Part shown: one piece after another, positions 20,261 through 32,844 of the stretch
Position numbering within the stretch: position 1 is the stretch's first letter
How the letters are laid out: each line of letters begins with the position of its first letter
Assembly (NCBI GenBank): GCA_018654745.1
Contig: JABILA010000051.1
Location: 6,751 to 70,750, forward strand
Source: Alphaproteobacteria bacterium
GTDB taxonomy: Bacteria; Pseudomonadota; Alphaproteobacteria; UBA2966
DNA length: 64,000 bases
Direction of reading: 5' to 3'
Made by a program: the position numbers and the translations under genes
Notes under the pieces: generated by a model
Told to the model about the DNA's origin: nothing
The model's database searches: none
Seen by the model: the letters and a program-made list of their open reading frames with translations, nothing else

Positions 20261-21751
20261 ATGCGCCTTGTCATTGCCATGATGAAGCACGAGACCAATA
20301 CGTTCTCGCCAATCCCCGCAGATTTTCAAAGGTTTGAAGATTGGGGTGCGCAATTTGGTGATGCTGCCCGGGAGGCCTATGAAAATACAGCCATGCCGAT
20401 GGCGGCCTATATCAAACTGGCGCGCGCCAGGGGACATGAATTTGTAACCCCCTTTGCCGGGGAAGCCATGCCGTCTGGCAAGGTGAGCAAAGACGCCTAT
20501 GAGCGTATGAGCAACGCCATATTGGATGCTGTGCGCGATGGCTGTGATGCAGCCCTGCTGGACCTGCATGGTGCCATGGTGTCCGAAACAACGGATGATG
20601 GTGAGGGCACATTGCTGGAGCGCATTCGGGAGATTGCGCCCGACCTGCCTATCGCCGTTACCTGTGATCTGCATTGCAATCTCACGCAGAAAATGATCGA
20701 CAATTGCACCGCCCTGATCGGCTATAAAACCTACCCCCATGTCGACATGTACGAAGTCGCAGAACAAATTGGTGAAGTCCTGTTCCGCCACATGGACGGT
20801 GAAATCAATGCCACGATGGCCTGGGGAAATCGACCTGTGCTCGCGCAAACACTTCGCATGGGAACAGACGACGAGCCCATGAAATCGCTGATTGATATGT
20901 GTAAATCCGCTGAAACGGAACCTGGTGTTCTGGCGGCAACCATATTTGGTGGCTTTCCACTGGCCGATATTCACGATGCCGGATTGTCTTCAATTATTGT
21001 CACAGATGCCAATGTCAGCCAGGCCGGGGAAGTCCGGGACCGGATACTGAACACGGGCTGGAAGGACCGCGAAGATTTTGTCTATAAGGGCGAGCCGCTG
21101 GAAGATGCTGTCGCCCGTGCCAGAACCCTGGAAGCTGAAGTTGGTGCAAATCCCGTCATCATGCTGGACCACGCCGATAACACCGGATCCGGTGCTACCC
21201 AGGACACCATGGAAGTGATCGAGGAAGTTTTGCGTCAGGGATTACAGGACGTCGCTGTCGGCGCCGTCTGGGATCCACAGGCTGTTAAACAGATGCAGGC
21301 CGCGGGTGTTGGAAATACCATAACCCTTGATCTTGGTGGCCGTACAGACATGCCGACGATCAATACAAAAGGCCGTCCCCTGACAATTACCGGCAAGGTC
21401 AAAACACTGACAGATGGTGTCTGGACGGTACGTGGCCCCATGTATACCGGCGTCGAAGTTCGTCTTGGCGATACCGCCGTCCTCGATACTGGTAATATGG
21501 AAATTGTGATCACGTCACTGCATCATGAACCCTGGGACCAGGGCATTTTTACATCCGTCGGCATTGATCCAAAATACAAAAAGTACCTGATCCTGAAATC
21601 ACGTATTCATTATCGTGCCGGTTTTGCTTCAATAGAACGAGAAACCGTAACCTGTGATGGCGTCGGTGTGACGACGTCTGACAATAATCAGCTTGAGTTC
21701 GTCAACATCCGTCGTCCGATCTATCCATTGGACCTGATCAACGAACCTTGA
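20261..21751 (+). CDS. M81 family metallopeptidase (MlrC-like)
   Basis: HETNTFSP, LDLHGAMV, DLHCN, YKTYPHVD, DNTGSG, KSRIHYRAGF, RRPIYPLD. Confidence 0.9.
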   Translation: MRLVIAMMKHETNTFSPIPADFQRFEDWGAQFGDAAREAYENTAMPMAAYIKLARARGHEFVTPFAGEAMPSGKVSKDAYERMSNAILDAVRDGCDAALLDLHGAMVSETTDDGEGTLLERIREIAPDLPIAVTCDLHCNLTQKMIDNCTALIGYKTYPHVDMYEVAEQIGEVLFRHMDGEINATMAWGNRPVLAQTLRMGTDDEPMKSLIDMCKSAETEPGVLAATIFGGFPLADIHDAGLSSIIVTDANVSQAGEVRDRILNTGWKDREDFVYKGEPLEDAVARARTLEAEVGANPVIMLDHADNTGSGATQDTMEVIEEVLRQGLQDVAVGAVWDPQAVKQMQAAGVGNTITLDLGGRTDMPTINTKGRPLTITGKVKTLTDGVWTVRGPMYTGVEVRLGDTAVLDTGNMEIVITSLHHEPWDQGIFTSVGIDPKYKKYLILKSRIHYRAGFASIERETVTCDGVGVTTSDNNQLEFVNIRRPIYPLDLINEP

Positions 21752-21764
21752 AATATTTCTTCTT

Positions 21765-21794
21765 CGTCGTGGCCGGGCGTGACCCGGCCACGAC
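21765..21794. repeat. Single CGTC-type palindromic repeat, probably a terminator between convergent genes
   Basis: GTCGTGGCCGGG-CGTGA-CCCGGCCACGAC; similar to the arms at 35378 and 41071. Confidence 0.7.
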
Positions 21795-21801
21795 AAAAAG
21801 A

Positions 21802-23964
21802 TTACTCCGCAGCGACCTGACGAGATGAGACAAGTTCAATAACTTCGGCAGCGGCTTCGGTGATGTTTGTGCCAGGACCAAAGATGGCACCAACTCCGGC
21901 AGCCCGAAGTTCGTCATAATCCTTGGGCGGCACCACACCACCAACGATGACCAGAATATCTCCGGCACCTTCGGCCTTGAGAGCAGCAATCAGCTGCGGC
22001 ACTAAAGTCTTGTGTCCTGCGGCCTGGGACGACACACCAACGATATGAACATCGTTTTCCACGGCCTGACGGGCCGCTTCTTCCGGTGTCTGGAACAAAG
22101 GCCCAATATCAACATCAAAGCCCAGATCAGCGAACGCTGTAGCGATCACCTTGGCACCCCGATCATGGCCGTCCTGTCCCAGTTTCACGACCATCATACG
22201 AGGACGACGCCCCTGCACATCGGCAAATTTCGCAACGTTTTTCTGAATGTTGGCAAAACCTTCGTCATTGGCATAGGCACCGCCGTAGACGCCGGACACG
22301 GATTGTGTTGTTGCCTTGTGGCGGGTAAAGACGCGCTCCATGGCATCCGATACTTCGCCGACACTGGCGCGGGCACGCACAGCTTCAACGGACAAGGCAA
22401 GCAGATTGCCATCGCTTCTGGCACCATCTTCCAGGGCTTGCAAGGCGGCCTTTACTTTCGCTTCATCACGATCTGAACGCATTTCCTGCAAGCGTGCAAT
22501 CTGTGAATCACGTACGACCGCATTGTCGACTTCCAGCAAATCAATATCAGTTTCTTCTTCCAACTTATATTTGTTGACGCCAACAATGACATCTTCGCCG
22601 CGATCCACCCGGGCCTGGCGACGCGCCGCACTTTCTTCGATGCGAAGCTTGGGCATACCTTCGGCCACGGCCTTGGTCATACCACCCAGTTCTTCGACTT
22701 CGTCGATAAGTTTTTGTGCAGCTTCGGCCAGCTCATGTGTCAGGCTTTCAACATAATAACTGCCCGCTAGAGGATCGACGACTTTGGTGATGCCGGTTTC
22801 CTCCTGCAGGATAATCTGGGTATTCCGCGCGATACGGGCAGATGTATCCGTTGGCAGGGCCATGGCTTCATCAAAGGCATTGGTATGCAGGCTCTGGGTG
22901 CCACCCAATGCTGCCGCCAGAGCTTCGTAGGCTGTGCGGACGACGTTGTTGTACGGGTCCTGTTCCGTCAGGGAAACACCAGATGTCTGACAGTGGGTAC
23001 GCAGGGAAAAAGAACGCGGATCTTTCGGATCAAACTGTTGCATCAGACGCGCCCACAGCAGGCGTGCGGCACGCAGCTTGGCTGTCTCCATGAAGAAATT
23101 CATGCCGATGGCAAAGAAGAAAGACAAACGAGGTGCAAACTTGTCAACGTCCAACCCCTGGGCCACTGCTGCCCGGACATATTCAACGCCATCCGCCAGA
23201 GTGAACGCCAGTTCCTGAACGGCGGTCGCCCCTGCTTCCTGCATGTGATAGCCGGAAATAGAAATCGAATTGAAGCGCGGCATATGCTCAGCCGTATAGG
23301 CGATAATATCCGCGACAATCCGCATGCTGGGTTCAGGTGGATAGATGTAGGTATTGCGAACCATGAATTCCTTGAGGATGTCGTTCTGTACTGTCCCGGC
23401 AAGCTGGGCCTGATCGACACCCTGCTCTTCTGCCGCAACGATATAGCCTGCCATGACCGGCAGGATGGCACCGTTCATGGTCATGGACACACTGATTTTG
23501 TCCAGTGGAATACCTTCGAACAGAACCTTCATGTCCTCGACGGAATCGATAGCAACACCGGCCTTGCCGACATCGCCCACAACGCGTGGATGATCGCTGT
23601 CATATCCGCGGTGCGTCGCCAGATCAAAGGCGACAGAAATACCGGTTTGACCGGCGGCCAGATTGCGATGGAAAAAGGCGTTGGTTTCTTTTGCTGTCGA
23701 GAACCCGCCATATTGGCGAACCGTCCAGGGCCGACCGGCATACATGGTTGCCCGCGGGCCACGTGTATAAGGCGCTATGCCTGGCATTGTGGCGGCGTCA
23801 TAACCTTCGGCTCTGGCGGCTTCGAGATCCTCGGCGGTATACAGGGGTTTGACGTCGATACCTTCGGGTGTCTTCCAGACCAGCTCGTCCGGGTCACGAC
23901 CTTTCATTTCTTTGGAGGCAAGTTCACGCCAATCGGCAGGGGTTTTTTTCTCGAAACCACTCAT
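21802..23964 (-). CDS. scpA: Methylmalonyl-CoA mutase
   Basis: [41 protein letters not shown]12-binding motif. Confidence 0.96.
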   Translation of the reverse strand: MSGFEKKTPADWRELASKEMKGRDPDELVWKTPEGIDVKPLYTAEDLEAARAEGYDAATMPGIAPYTRGPRATMYAGRPWTVRQYGGFSTAKETNAFFHRNLAAGQTGISVAFDLATHRGYDSDHPRVVGDVGKAGVAIDSVEDMKVLFEGIPLDKISVSMTMNGAILPVMAGYIVAAEEQGVDQAQLAGTVQNDILKEFMVRNTYIYPPEPSMRIVADIIAYTAEHMPRFNSISISGYHMQEAGATAVQELAFTLADGVEYVRAAVAQGLDVDKFAPRLSFFFAIGMNFFMETAKLRAARLLWARLMQQFDPKDPRSFSLRTHCQTSGVSLTEQDPYNNVVRTAYEALAAALGGTQSLHTNAFDEAMALPTDTSARIARNTQIILQEETGITKVVDPLAGSYYVESLTHELAEAAQKLIDEVEELGGMTKAVAEGMPKLRIEESAARRQARVDRGEDVIVGVNKYKLEEETDIDLLEVDNAVVRDSQIARLQEMRSDRDEAKVKAALQALEDGARSDGNLLALSVEAVRARASVGEVSDAMERVFTRHKATTQSVSGVYGGAYANDEGFANIQKNVAKFADVQGRRPRMMVVKLGQDGHDRGAKVIATAFADLGFDVDIGPLFQTPEEAARQAVENDVHIVGVSSQAAGHKTLVPQLIAALKAEGAGDILVIVGGVVPPKDYDELRAAGVGAIFGPGTNITEAAAEVIELVSSRQVAAE

Positions 23965-24075
23965 GTTGAAAACTCTTTTCGTACTTGGGGGTCAATAATT
24001 GCGGGCCCATTCTATCTCGCAACTGCGAAAAGAAAAAGAGTATGTAATTTAATATTCAATATCAATAAGTTAGAG

Positions 24076-24111
24076 GCAACACAGGTTTGATTCGAACCAA
24101 ACCTGTGTTGC
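24076..24111 (-). terminator. Hairpin downstream of argG
   Basis: Perfect 14-bp stem GCAACACAGGTTTG / CAAACCTGTGTTGC. Confidence 0.6.
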
Positions 24112-24115
24112 GGGA

Positions 24116-25318
24116 TCAGCGTTGGCGCTTGAGCAATTTCAGACGCAGAGCGTTCAATTTTATGAAGCCTTCAGCGTCATGCTGGTCGTAGACGTCATCT
24201 TCTTCAAAAGTCACATGCTCCTGGCTGTACAGGGATTTAGGTGATTTGCGACCAACAACTGAGGCTACACCTTTGTACAGTTTCAGACGCACTGTGCCAC
24301 AAACGTTTTCCTGGCTTTTGTCGATCAGGGCCTGCAGCATTTCGCGTTCGGGCGAGAACCAGAAACCGTTATAGAGGATTTCGGCATACCGCGGCATCAA
24401 TTCATCTTTCAAATGCCCAGCCCCTCGATCAAGGGTGATTTGCTCGATGCCCCGGTGAGCAGCCAGCAAGACCGTTCCACCAGGTGTTTCGTAAATGCCG
24501 CGCGACTTCATGCCAACGAAACGGTTTTCCACCATATCAAGACGACCGATGCCATTGGCTCCGCCCAGTTCGTTCAGGCGTGTCAGCAAGGTTGCGGGCG
24601 ACATATGTATACCATCGATGGCGATGGGATCGCCTTTTTCGAATTCGATTTCAATGTAGGTCGGCGTGTCAGGGGCTACTTCCGGGGCGACCGAGCGCGA
24701 ATAGACATATTCACCGGCTTCTTCCCAGGGGTCTTCCAGTGCCTTGCCTTCACAGGAGATGTGCAAAAGATTGGCATCCTGGCTAAACGGCGCTTCACCG
24801 CGTTTATCTTTTGGAATTGGAATTTGATGCTGTTCGGCATAGTCGATCAGGGCTTCGCGGGAATGCAGGTCCCATTCGCGCCACGGTGAGATCACCTTGA
24901 TATCCGGGTTCAAGGCGTAATAACCAAGTTCGAACCGGACCTGGTCATTGCCCTTTCCAGTGGCACCGTGACAGACTGCGTCAGCGCCGGTTTCTTTGGC
25001 AATTTCGATTTGACGCTTGGAAATCAGCGGACGTGCAATGGAGGTGCCCAGCAGATATTCGCCTTCATACAAGGCATTTGCACGAAACATCGGGAAGACA
25101 TAGTCAGCAACAAATTCTTCACGCAGGTCATCAATATAAATTTCCTTGATGCCAAGCATTTCTGCCTTTTGCCGCGCTGGTTCCAGCTCTTCACCCTGCC
25201 CCAGATCAGCCGTGAAAGTTACGACTTCACAGTCATAGGTGGTCTGCAACCACTTCAGAATGATGGATGTATCAAGGCCACCTGAATAGGCCAGCACAAC
25301 TTTTTTGATGTCACTCAT
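24116..25318 (-). CDS. argG: Argininosuccinate synthase
   Basis: [35 protein letters not shown]. Confidence 0.98.
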   Translation of the reverse strand: MSDIKKVVLAYSGGLDTSIILKWLQTTYDCEVVTFTADLGQGEELEPARQKAEMLGIKEIYIDDLREEFVADYVFPMFRANALYEGEYLLGTSIARPLISKRQIEIAKETGADAVCHGATGKGNDQVRFELGYYALNPDIKVISPWREWDLHSREALIDYAEQHQIPIPKDKRGEAPFSQDANLLHISCEGKALEDPWEEAGEYVYSRSVAPEVAPDTPTYIEIEFEKGDPIAIDGIHMSPATLLTRLNELGGANGIGRLDMVENRFVGMKSRGIYETPGGTVLLAAHRGIEQITLDRGAGHLKDELMPRYAEILYNGFWFSPEREMLQALIDKSQENVCGTVRLKLYKGVASVVGRKSPKSLYSQEHVTFEEDDVYDQHDAEGFIKLNALRLKLLKRQR

Positions 25319-25405
25319 TACCTGTCTCCTGCTTCCCGGTGTTGCCTTCGTTTGCCTGGTTGAAAATGGGCAAACCCGGGAAAACGACCTGTTGTTTCAA
25401 GGGGG

Positions 25406-25765
25406 CTATATACGCTCGGGATTATGGACGGTCAATTCGCTTTGCGCATCACCTGTATTCAACAAAGCCGCTGGCTCAATCAACACAACTTCAACTTCCT
25501 CATCGGCGACGGGTTTGTGCTCCACACCTTTGGGGACAACGATCAGCTCACCCGGACCAACTATCACGTCGCGATCCCGAAAACACATTTTCAGTTTGCC
25601 GGATATGACCCAGAACAGTTCGTCATCGTCATCATGTTTGTGCCAGACGAACTCACCCAGCGCCTTGACGACTTTCAGGGACTGTCCATTGACCTCGGCG
25701 ATCACTTTGGGTGTGAAATGCTCGCTGAAAGATTCCAGTTTTTCTGCAACATTGATCTTTTCCAT
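25406..25765 (-). CDS. Cupin domain protein
   Basis: GEFVWHKH..DELF, VPKGVEHKP, NTGD; ATG 25765. Confidence 0.9.
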   Translation of the reverse strand: MEKINVAEKLESFSEHFTPKVIAEVNGQSLKVVKALGEFVWHKHDDDDELFWVISGKLKMCFRDRDVIVGPGELIVVPKGVEHKPVADEEVEVVLIEPAALLNTGDAQSELTVHNPERI

Positions 25766-25788
25766 GAACTCACCCTTCAAAAACAAAT

Positions 25789-25827
25789 AAGCCGTTGTTC
25801 CGGATTATGGTTCCGGAACAACGGCTT
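25789..25827 (-). terminator. Intrinsic terminator after SDR gene
   Basis: Perfect 16-bp stem AAGCCGTTGTTCCGGA / TCCGGAACAACGGCTT, then ATTTGTTTTT on the minus strand. Confidence 0.7.
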
Positions 25828-25842
25828 GATATGGCGGTTGGC

Positions 25843-26604
25843 TTAACGTGGTGCCATGCGCAAGGATCCATCGAGGCGAACGGTCTCACCGTTCAGCATC
25901 TCGTTTTCACACATGCTTTGGACCAATTGAGCATATTCCTGTGGACGACCCAGGCGCGCCGGGAACGGCACACTGGCACCCAGGCTTTTCTGGGCTTCTT
26001 CCGGCAGAGTTTCCATCATCGGCGTCAGGAACAGGCCAGGGGCGATTGTCAGCACCCGAATGCCCCACTGGGCAAACTCGCGAGCCAGCGGCAATGTCAT
26101 GGCAGCGACGCCACCTTTGGAGGCACCATAGGCTGCCTGGCCGATCTGGCCATCAAAAGCCGCGACCGACGCCGTATTGACGATCACACCGCGTTCGGCA
26201 GTCTCGAGAGGATCTGCTTTTTGCATGGCTGCAGCGGAAAGGCGGATAATATTGAACGTACCGATCAGGTTGATATTGACGACCTGGGCGAAGGCTTCCA
26301 GCGGCAAGGGACCGTGTTTACCAACGGCTTTGCCAGGCGTTCCAACACCGGCGCAGTTTACAACAATCCTGGCAACACCATGGGCTTCCTGAGCTTCGGC
26401 AATGGCGGCTTCTGCACTGGCGGCATCCGTGACATCACATTTGAGGCCAAGGCCACCAATTTCGGCTGCAACAGCCTTTGCACCATCCAGATTCACATCC
26501 AGGCACGTCACCTTTGCGCCTGCGGCTGCGAGGTGGCGGGCTGTTGCCGCGCCAAGGCCAGAACCGCCGCCCGTTACCAGAGCTGCTACACCATCAATAT
26601 TCAT
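25843..26604 (-). CDS. SDR family 3-hydroxyacyl-CoA dehydrogenase (type II / HSD10-like)
   Basis: TGGGSGLG, NTASVAAFDGQIGQAAYGASKGG, LNGETVRLDGSLRM. Confidence 0.92.
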   Translation of the reverse strand: MNIDGVAALVTGGGSGLGAATARHLAAAGAKVTCLDVNLDGAKAVAAEIGGLGLKCDVTDAASAEAAIAEAQEAHGVARIVVNCAGVGTPGKAVGKHGPLPLEAFAQVVNINLIGTFNIIRLSAAAMQKADPLETAERGVIVNTASVAAFDGQIGQAAYGASKGGVAAMTLPLAREFAQWGIRVLTIAPGLFLTPMMETLPEEAQKSLGASVPFPARLGRPQEYAQLVQSMCENEMLNGETVRLDGSLRMAPR

Positions 26605-26661
26605 AGGGGGTCTCCAAAATAAGTATGTTGAATTTCAGTTTTCGCCGTCTCGTTTAGCAGA

Positions 26662-27606
26662 TCAGGCTGGTTTGCTCCAGTCCTCAGACAACTGGGCCAC
26701 ATTATTCAGGTCTTCCAGCTTCTTTCGCCTGGCTTCACGATGGGCAATATAAAGGGATGCGGCAATGATCACGACCGCACCCACACCGGTCCAGATATCC
26801 GGCACTTCGCCAAAAAACCAGTAACCGATAGCGGCCGCAAATATGATCCGCGCATAATCGAAAGGTGCCACTGCTGTTGCTTCGCCGACTTTCAATCCGC
26901 GCACCACACAAAGTTGCCCGGTAACCCCGAAGATACCGGCCCCGGCCAGCATCATTAATTCTGTTGATGTCGGTTCATGCCAGTCCAGCAGGGCGGGCAC
27001 CAGAGTGACCGAGATTGAAATAATGCCGAAATAAAACATCATCAGTGACGGGCGTTCAGTTGCCGAAAGCTTCTTTACCGTCACAAATGTAGCCGCCACC
27101 AACATGGCACCCAGCAAGGCGATCCATGTCGCTACATCGATGTCGCCGCCAGGGCGGATCATGATCAGGACACCCACAAATCCCACAGCCGTCGCGGCCC
27201 AGCGGCGAACACGCACAACTTCGCCCAGAAACAACACCGCCAGCACGATCAGGAACAGAGGGCGGGTGAACGACAGGGCAATGGCATCCGCGAGGGCGAG
27301 ATGCGTAACGGCGTAAATACCGCATATCATGGCGGACGTGCCCAGCAATCCGCGAAAAATGTGCAGAACGGGTCGGTCGGTTTTGATACCGGTGAGGCCC
27401 ATGCTCAAGGCAAATGGCAAAATTACCATGAAACCAAACAAGGCGCGGAAGAAGGCGATTGTCGAAGACCCAAGGGATGGCCCCAGATATTTGATGAATA
27501 CCGACATCACCGAAAAAAGCACAACACCGCCAAGTATCCACAAGGCGCCACGCAGGTTCGGTGGAACCTGGCTGAGGAATTGAACTTTGTCAGGCCTGGC
27601 GTTCAA
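26662..27606 (-). CDS. DMT (EamA) family transporter
   Basis: About 10 TM, LGEVVRVRRW..GFVGVLIMIRPG, APFDY. Confidence 0.9.
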   Translation of the reverse strand: MNARPDKVQFLSQVPPNLRGALWILGGVVLFSVMSVFIKYLGPSLGSSTIAFFRALFGFMVILPFALSMGLTGIKTDRPVLHIFRGLLGTSAMICGIYAVTHLALADAIALSFTRPLFLIVLAVLFLGEVVRVRRWAATAVGFVGVLIMIRPGGDIDVATWIALLGAMLVAATFVTVKKLSATERPSLMMFYFGIISISVTLVPALLDWHEPTSTELMMLAGAGIFGVTGQLCVVRGLKVGEATAVAPFDYARIIFAAAIGYWFFGEVPDIWTGVGAVVIIAASLYIAHREARRKKLEDLNNVAQLSEDWSKPA

Positions 27607-28610
27607 TGTTTGTCGTCTCGTTCCGCTCGCGAAACAGCGGCTTCGATATCACCACTGACATCAACAGCCGGAGAGGTACCAACCGCCGCTGCGACAAGTG
27701 CTTCGTCCTTCCGCTCCAGTTTGCTTTCACGCCATGAAACATAAATTGAACTTGAGAAGATCACAGCGGCCCCGACCCAGGTCCAGAAATCCGGCACCTG
27801 ACTGAAAACCAGATAGCCTATCAAGGCAACAAACGGCAGGCGGGTAAAGTCATAGGGCAGAATTGCCGTAAGGTCACTGAGGCTGATTGCCCGCGTAAAA
27901 CAAAGATTTGCCATCGTTGCTATTGTGCCCAGTAACAAAAGCCAGAGCAGGGATTCAGGGGATGGCCACACCCACACAAACAACGCTGGAATGAATGTTG
28001 TTGGCACCATGATAATGCCCCCCCAGGCGACGGCCTGGGCAGGACTATCGGTCGTCATCAATTTTTTCAGGAAAATGCTGGCGCAGGCCATCAAGGCCGC
28101 TGACGCGATGATCATGATGGTCCCGGGTTCAATTGTAGATACAGCCGGACGTAAAATTATCATTGTGCCTGCGAAACCAACCAGGGTCGCTGTCCAGCGC
28201 CTGATTCCAACTTTCTCGCCGAGAAAAAATATGGCCAGTATCGTCGCAAACAAAGGTGCTGTGAATGACAAGGCAGTTGCTTCCGCCAACGGCACCAGCG
28301 ACACCCCCCAAAACCAGAAACACATCGTGGCTGAACCAAATGAACCACGGACCAGATAGAGGCCAATGCGGTTGGTCTTCAAGGCTCCAAAGCCATTGCG
28401 CAAGAACCATGGCAGCAGGGCCATCAGTCCAAAGACGTTGCGAAAGAAAACGATTTCGAGAGGCGGCACCGATTCGGAAATATGCCGGATCAGACCTGAC
28501 ATGGCTGCAAAAAAAGCGCAGGCCATGATCATGAATACGGTGGCCTGCAGGTTTTGCGGCAGGCGGGATATCAATATGGCGGGAAGAGAAAACATGGAAG
28601 AGGCTGTCAT
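27603..28610 (-). CDS. DMT (EamA) family transporter
   Basis: About 10 TM, FLGEKVGIRRW, PYDF; overlaps next gene by 4 nt. Confidence 0.9.
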   Translation of the reverse strand: MTASSMFSLPAILISRLPQNLQATVFMIMACAFFAAMSGLIRHISESVPPLEIVFFRNVFGLMALLPWFLRNGFGALKTNRIGLYLVRGSFGSATMCFWFWGVSLVPLAEATALSFTAPLFATILAIFFLGEKVGIRRWTATLVGFAGTMIILRPAVSTIEPGTIMIIASAALMACASIFLKKLMTTDSPAQAVAWGGIIMVPTTFIPALFVWVWPSPESLLWLLLLGTIATMANLCFTRAISLSDLTAILPYDFTRLPFVALIGYLVFSQVPDFWTWVGAAVIFSSSIYVSWRESKLERKDEALVAAAVGTSPAVDVSGDIEAAVSRAERDDKH

Positions 28611-28728
28611 TAAAGCATTCTAAAGTAGTGGCTTAGCCAGCACCAGAGCCAATCCCGCATGGCTGCATTGCGTGACGGCACGCCACGTTATACTTTTGCC
28701 CAAACCGTTTTGCACAAGGATCAAAGCC

Positions 28729-30699
<1,971 letters not shown>

Positions 30700-30711
30700 G
30701 GAGCAACTGGC

Positions 30712-31164
30712 ATGATCGACGAACGACTGACAAGCTCGACTTTCCCCGTCGTTGAACTGGAAACCTGCGAGGTCCGTTTGTCGCGGGAGTGGTCATATCC
30801 TGGCCGCTGTCTGGTCATCCCCACCGAACAATATCGCGATATCCACGAGGTCGACGGCGAAACCTATTTACTGATGATGGGCGAAGTGCGGTTTGTTTCG
30901 GGCGTACTGGCGCGTTTGTACAAGGCCGACAAAATGAATGTCGCCAGTTTCGGCAACATGGGGCCGTGGCTGCACTGGCACATCATTCCGCGCACAGAAG
31001 GCGATGCTGGCTGGCCAGGCACACCATGGGAAAACCCGGAAACTCCGTTCGAGGCCCCGGAAGAAACCCTGGCCGACCACGCCGACCGTATCAGCTGGGC
31101 CCTGCTGGACGCAGAGTTCGACGAGGCGGACGAAGATGAAGACGAAGACGTTACCAGGGCCTGA
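30712..31164 (+). CDS. HIT family protein with acidic tail
   Basis: KMNVASFGNMGPWLHWHIIPR; C-terminal DEADEDEDED. Confidence 0.85.
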   Translation: MIDERLTSSTFPVVELETCEVRLSREWSYPGRCLVIPTEQYRDIHEVDGETYLLMMGEVRFVSGVLARLYKADKMNVASFGNMGPWLHWHIIPRTEGDAGWPGTPWENPETPFEAPEETLADHADRISWALLDAEFDEADEDEDEDVTRA

Positions 31165-31275
31165 CCTCGAAGACGCCCGCTAATTCAGTCCAGGAAGAAT
31201 TAGTATTGTCCCGGCGTGAGAAATAGTGTTAATTCCCCTGTCGCAAAATTCGAACCCCTGACGGAGACCCGTTTC

Positions 31276-31449
31276 ATGCTGTTGAGTCCTGTTGTCCGGC
31301 GCCTGTTGATCGCCGGTATGATCGCCACTTTTGTTTCCGGCTGCGCCAACTTCGAGATGCCGGAGCCTGCCGAATTCTTCAAGACCGATAATACCGGTGG
31401 CAAGGTCAAACGCGACGGCATGGGCAACCCGGTTCTGACCAAAAGCTGA
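31276..31449 (+). CDS. Small putative lipoprotein
   Basis: GGAG SD, basic plus hydrophobic signal and lipobox-like VSGC. Confidence 0.65.
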   Translation: MLLSPVVRRLLIAGMIATFVSGCANFEMPEPAEFFKTDNTGGKVKRDGMGNPVLTKS

Positions 31450-31533
31450 CACTTGAATGTCGCCTGACAAAACCGGGTTTACCTGATGTCAGAGGCGTTT
31501 CCGAGAAACCCGGAAACGCTCAGGACACAAAAA

Positions 31534-32103
31534 CTATTTCTTGTGCTCCATCTTGTGCCCACCGGTGGCACCCATTTTCATGATATCGACCTGGATGGTG
31601 ACTTCGCCTGCCTGTTTGAACACCAGGGTCAGGGGAAATGTCTGGCCGGGCTTCAACGGCTTGTTCAGACCCATCATCATAACGTGATAACTACCGGGCT
31701 TGAGCATAGCCATGCCGTTGGCAGGCACCGGCATCCCATGTATATGCTTCATTTTCATGATGCCGCCTTCGGAAACGGTCTGGTGTAGCTGAACCTTCCT
31801 GGCCACATCCGCGCGCACGTCCACCAGCTCGTCAGCCGCACCCATATTGTGAATGCTCATAAAGGCACCACCACTTCGCGGGGTGCCCCGGGCCCAGGCG
31901 TCCTTGATCGTGATGGCACCTACCTTGTAGGTTCCGGCATGTTCCGCCGCATGAGACGACGCCATACCAACCAGGTTGGTGGCGACCATGGCCAGGGCCA
32001 CGACAAGAGCAAAGACAAGTGCTGCCATCGGCGCCAGACGCCCCAGTTTTGGCAGGTTTAACAGTCGAAGTTTTGATTGTCGGATTGTTACGTTTTTCAT
32101 CAT
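31534..32103 (-). CDS. Copper chaperone PCu(A)C
   Basis: Signal/TM, DAWAR, LHQT...MKM...LKPGSYHVMMMG copper motif, His/Met-rich tail. Confidence 0.93.
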   Translation of the reverse strand: MMKNVTIRQSKLRLLNLPKLGRLAPMAALVFALVVALAMVATNLVGMASSHAAEHAGTYKVGAITIKDAWARGTPRSGGAFMSIHNMGAADELVDVRADVARKVQLHQTVSEGGIMKMKHIHGMPVPANGMAMLKPGSYHVMMMGLNKPLKPGQTFPLTLVFKQAGEVTIQVDIMKMGATGGHKMEHKK

Positions 32104-32220
32104 CTGAATTCTTTCGCAATGGTCGCCTGATCAACGCTGGATCGATGTATCAAACATCGACACAGGATTGCGTCATCAACATGACGACCGGTCATTTATA
32201 TAAGGGAAAGCGGAAAGGTC

Positions 32221-32628
32221 TCAGACGAGGTGCGGTGGTCCACGTACGGAAAGCATCAGCACCGGACGACGATCCAGCCAGCCGGAAGACGACGGCACAT
32301 CACCGACGGTGCGCCCTTTGACCAGTGCCACAAAGTCAGCAACCGGTGCCAGAACGGATTGCCCGAACAGACCCGCCGTACAGACATCACAGGCCGCAAT
32401 GTCACGATCAGCCCCTGGATCAGACAAAGGATCAACCGACGGCAAACCCTGATGCAGCGGCATGATGCCGGTGGACGTACAGATATAAATCGTGGACTCA
32501 GACTCAGCCGCCTGCAGCATCTGGCCCAGCGGCACCAGCGTCTGCATCACCAGGGCAAACAACGCCAGCCACGCAGCCGCGCGCCTTTTACGTCTGAATA
32601 AAGTCCCGAACGTCAAATCAAGCCTCAT
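32221..32628 (-). CDS. DUF2946 family protein (CutF/CruR-like upstream ORF)
   Basis: Signal peptide, ICTSTG, CDVC, C-terminal RGPP; directly upstream of a copper gene. Confidence 0.85.
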   Translation of the reverse strand: MRLDLTFGTLFRRKRRAAAWLALFALVMQTLVPLGQMLQAAESESTIYICTSTGIMPLHQGLPSVDPLSDPGADRDIAACDVCTAGLFGQSVLAPVADFVALVKGRTVGDVPSSSGWLDRRPVLMLSVRGPPHLV

Positions 32629-32844
32629 TTGGCCAGGTTAAATCGCGATGCCACCTGGGCACCTTAGTCAAATATATAGCGCACGACGCGACCAGGGACC
32701 ATGCAGCATTTTGACGCGGGGACTTGAGGGGTGTCCGTTAAACCATGCATAAGCTGAAATTCCAATTTCTGAATTAGACAAATTCTGGACAAGGGCATAT
32801 CTTATCCAGATTACGTTGGTAAATTTTTCCGGGGGGACACAGTC

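Noticed and set aside
20261..21751. Microcystin degradation pathway
   Set aside because: Only an MlrC-family peptidase is present; no mlrA, mlrB or mlrD, and the family is widespread.
52..23964. 3-hydroxypropionate bicycle (acc + mcl + mutase)
   Set aside because: No malonyl-CoA reductase or propionyl-CoA synthase in the window; these genes are explained by common pathways.
22885..24090. 401-aa plus-strand ORF
   Set aside because: Antisense shadow of the methylmalonyl-CoA mutase gene; no recognisable motifs.
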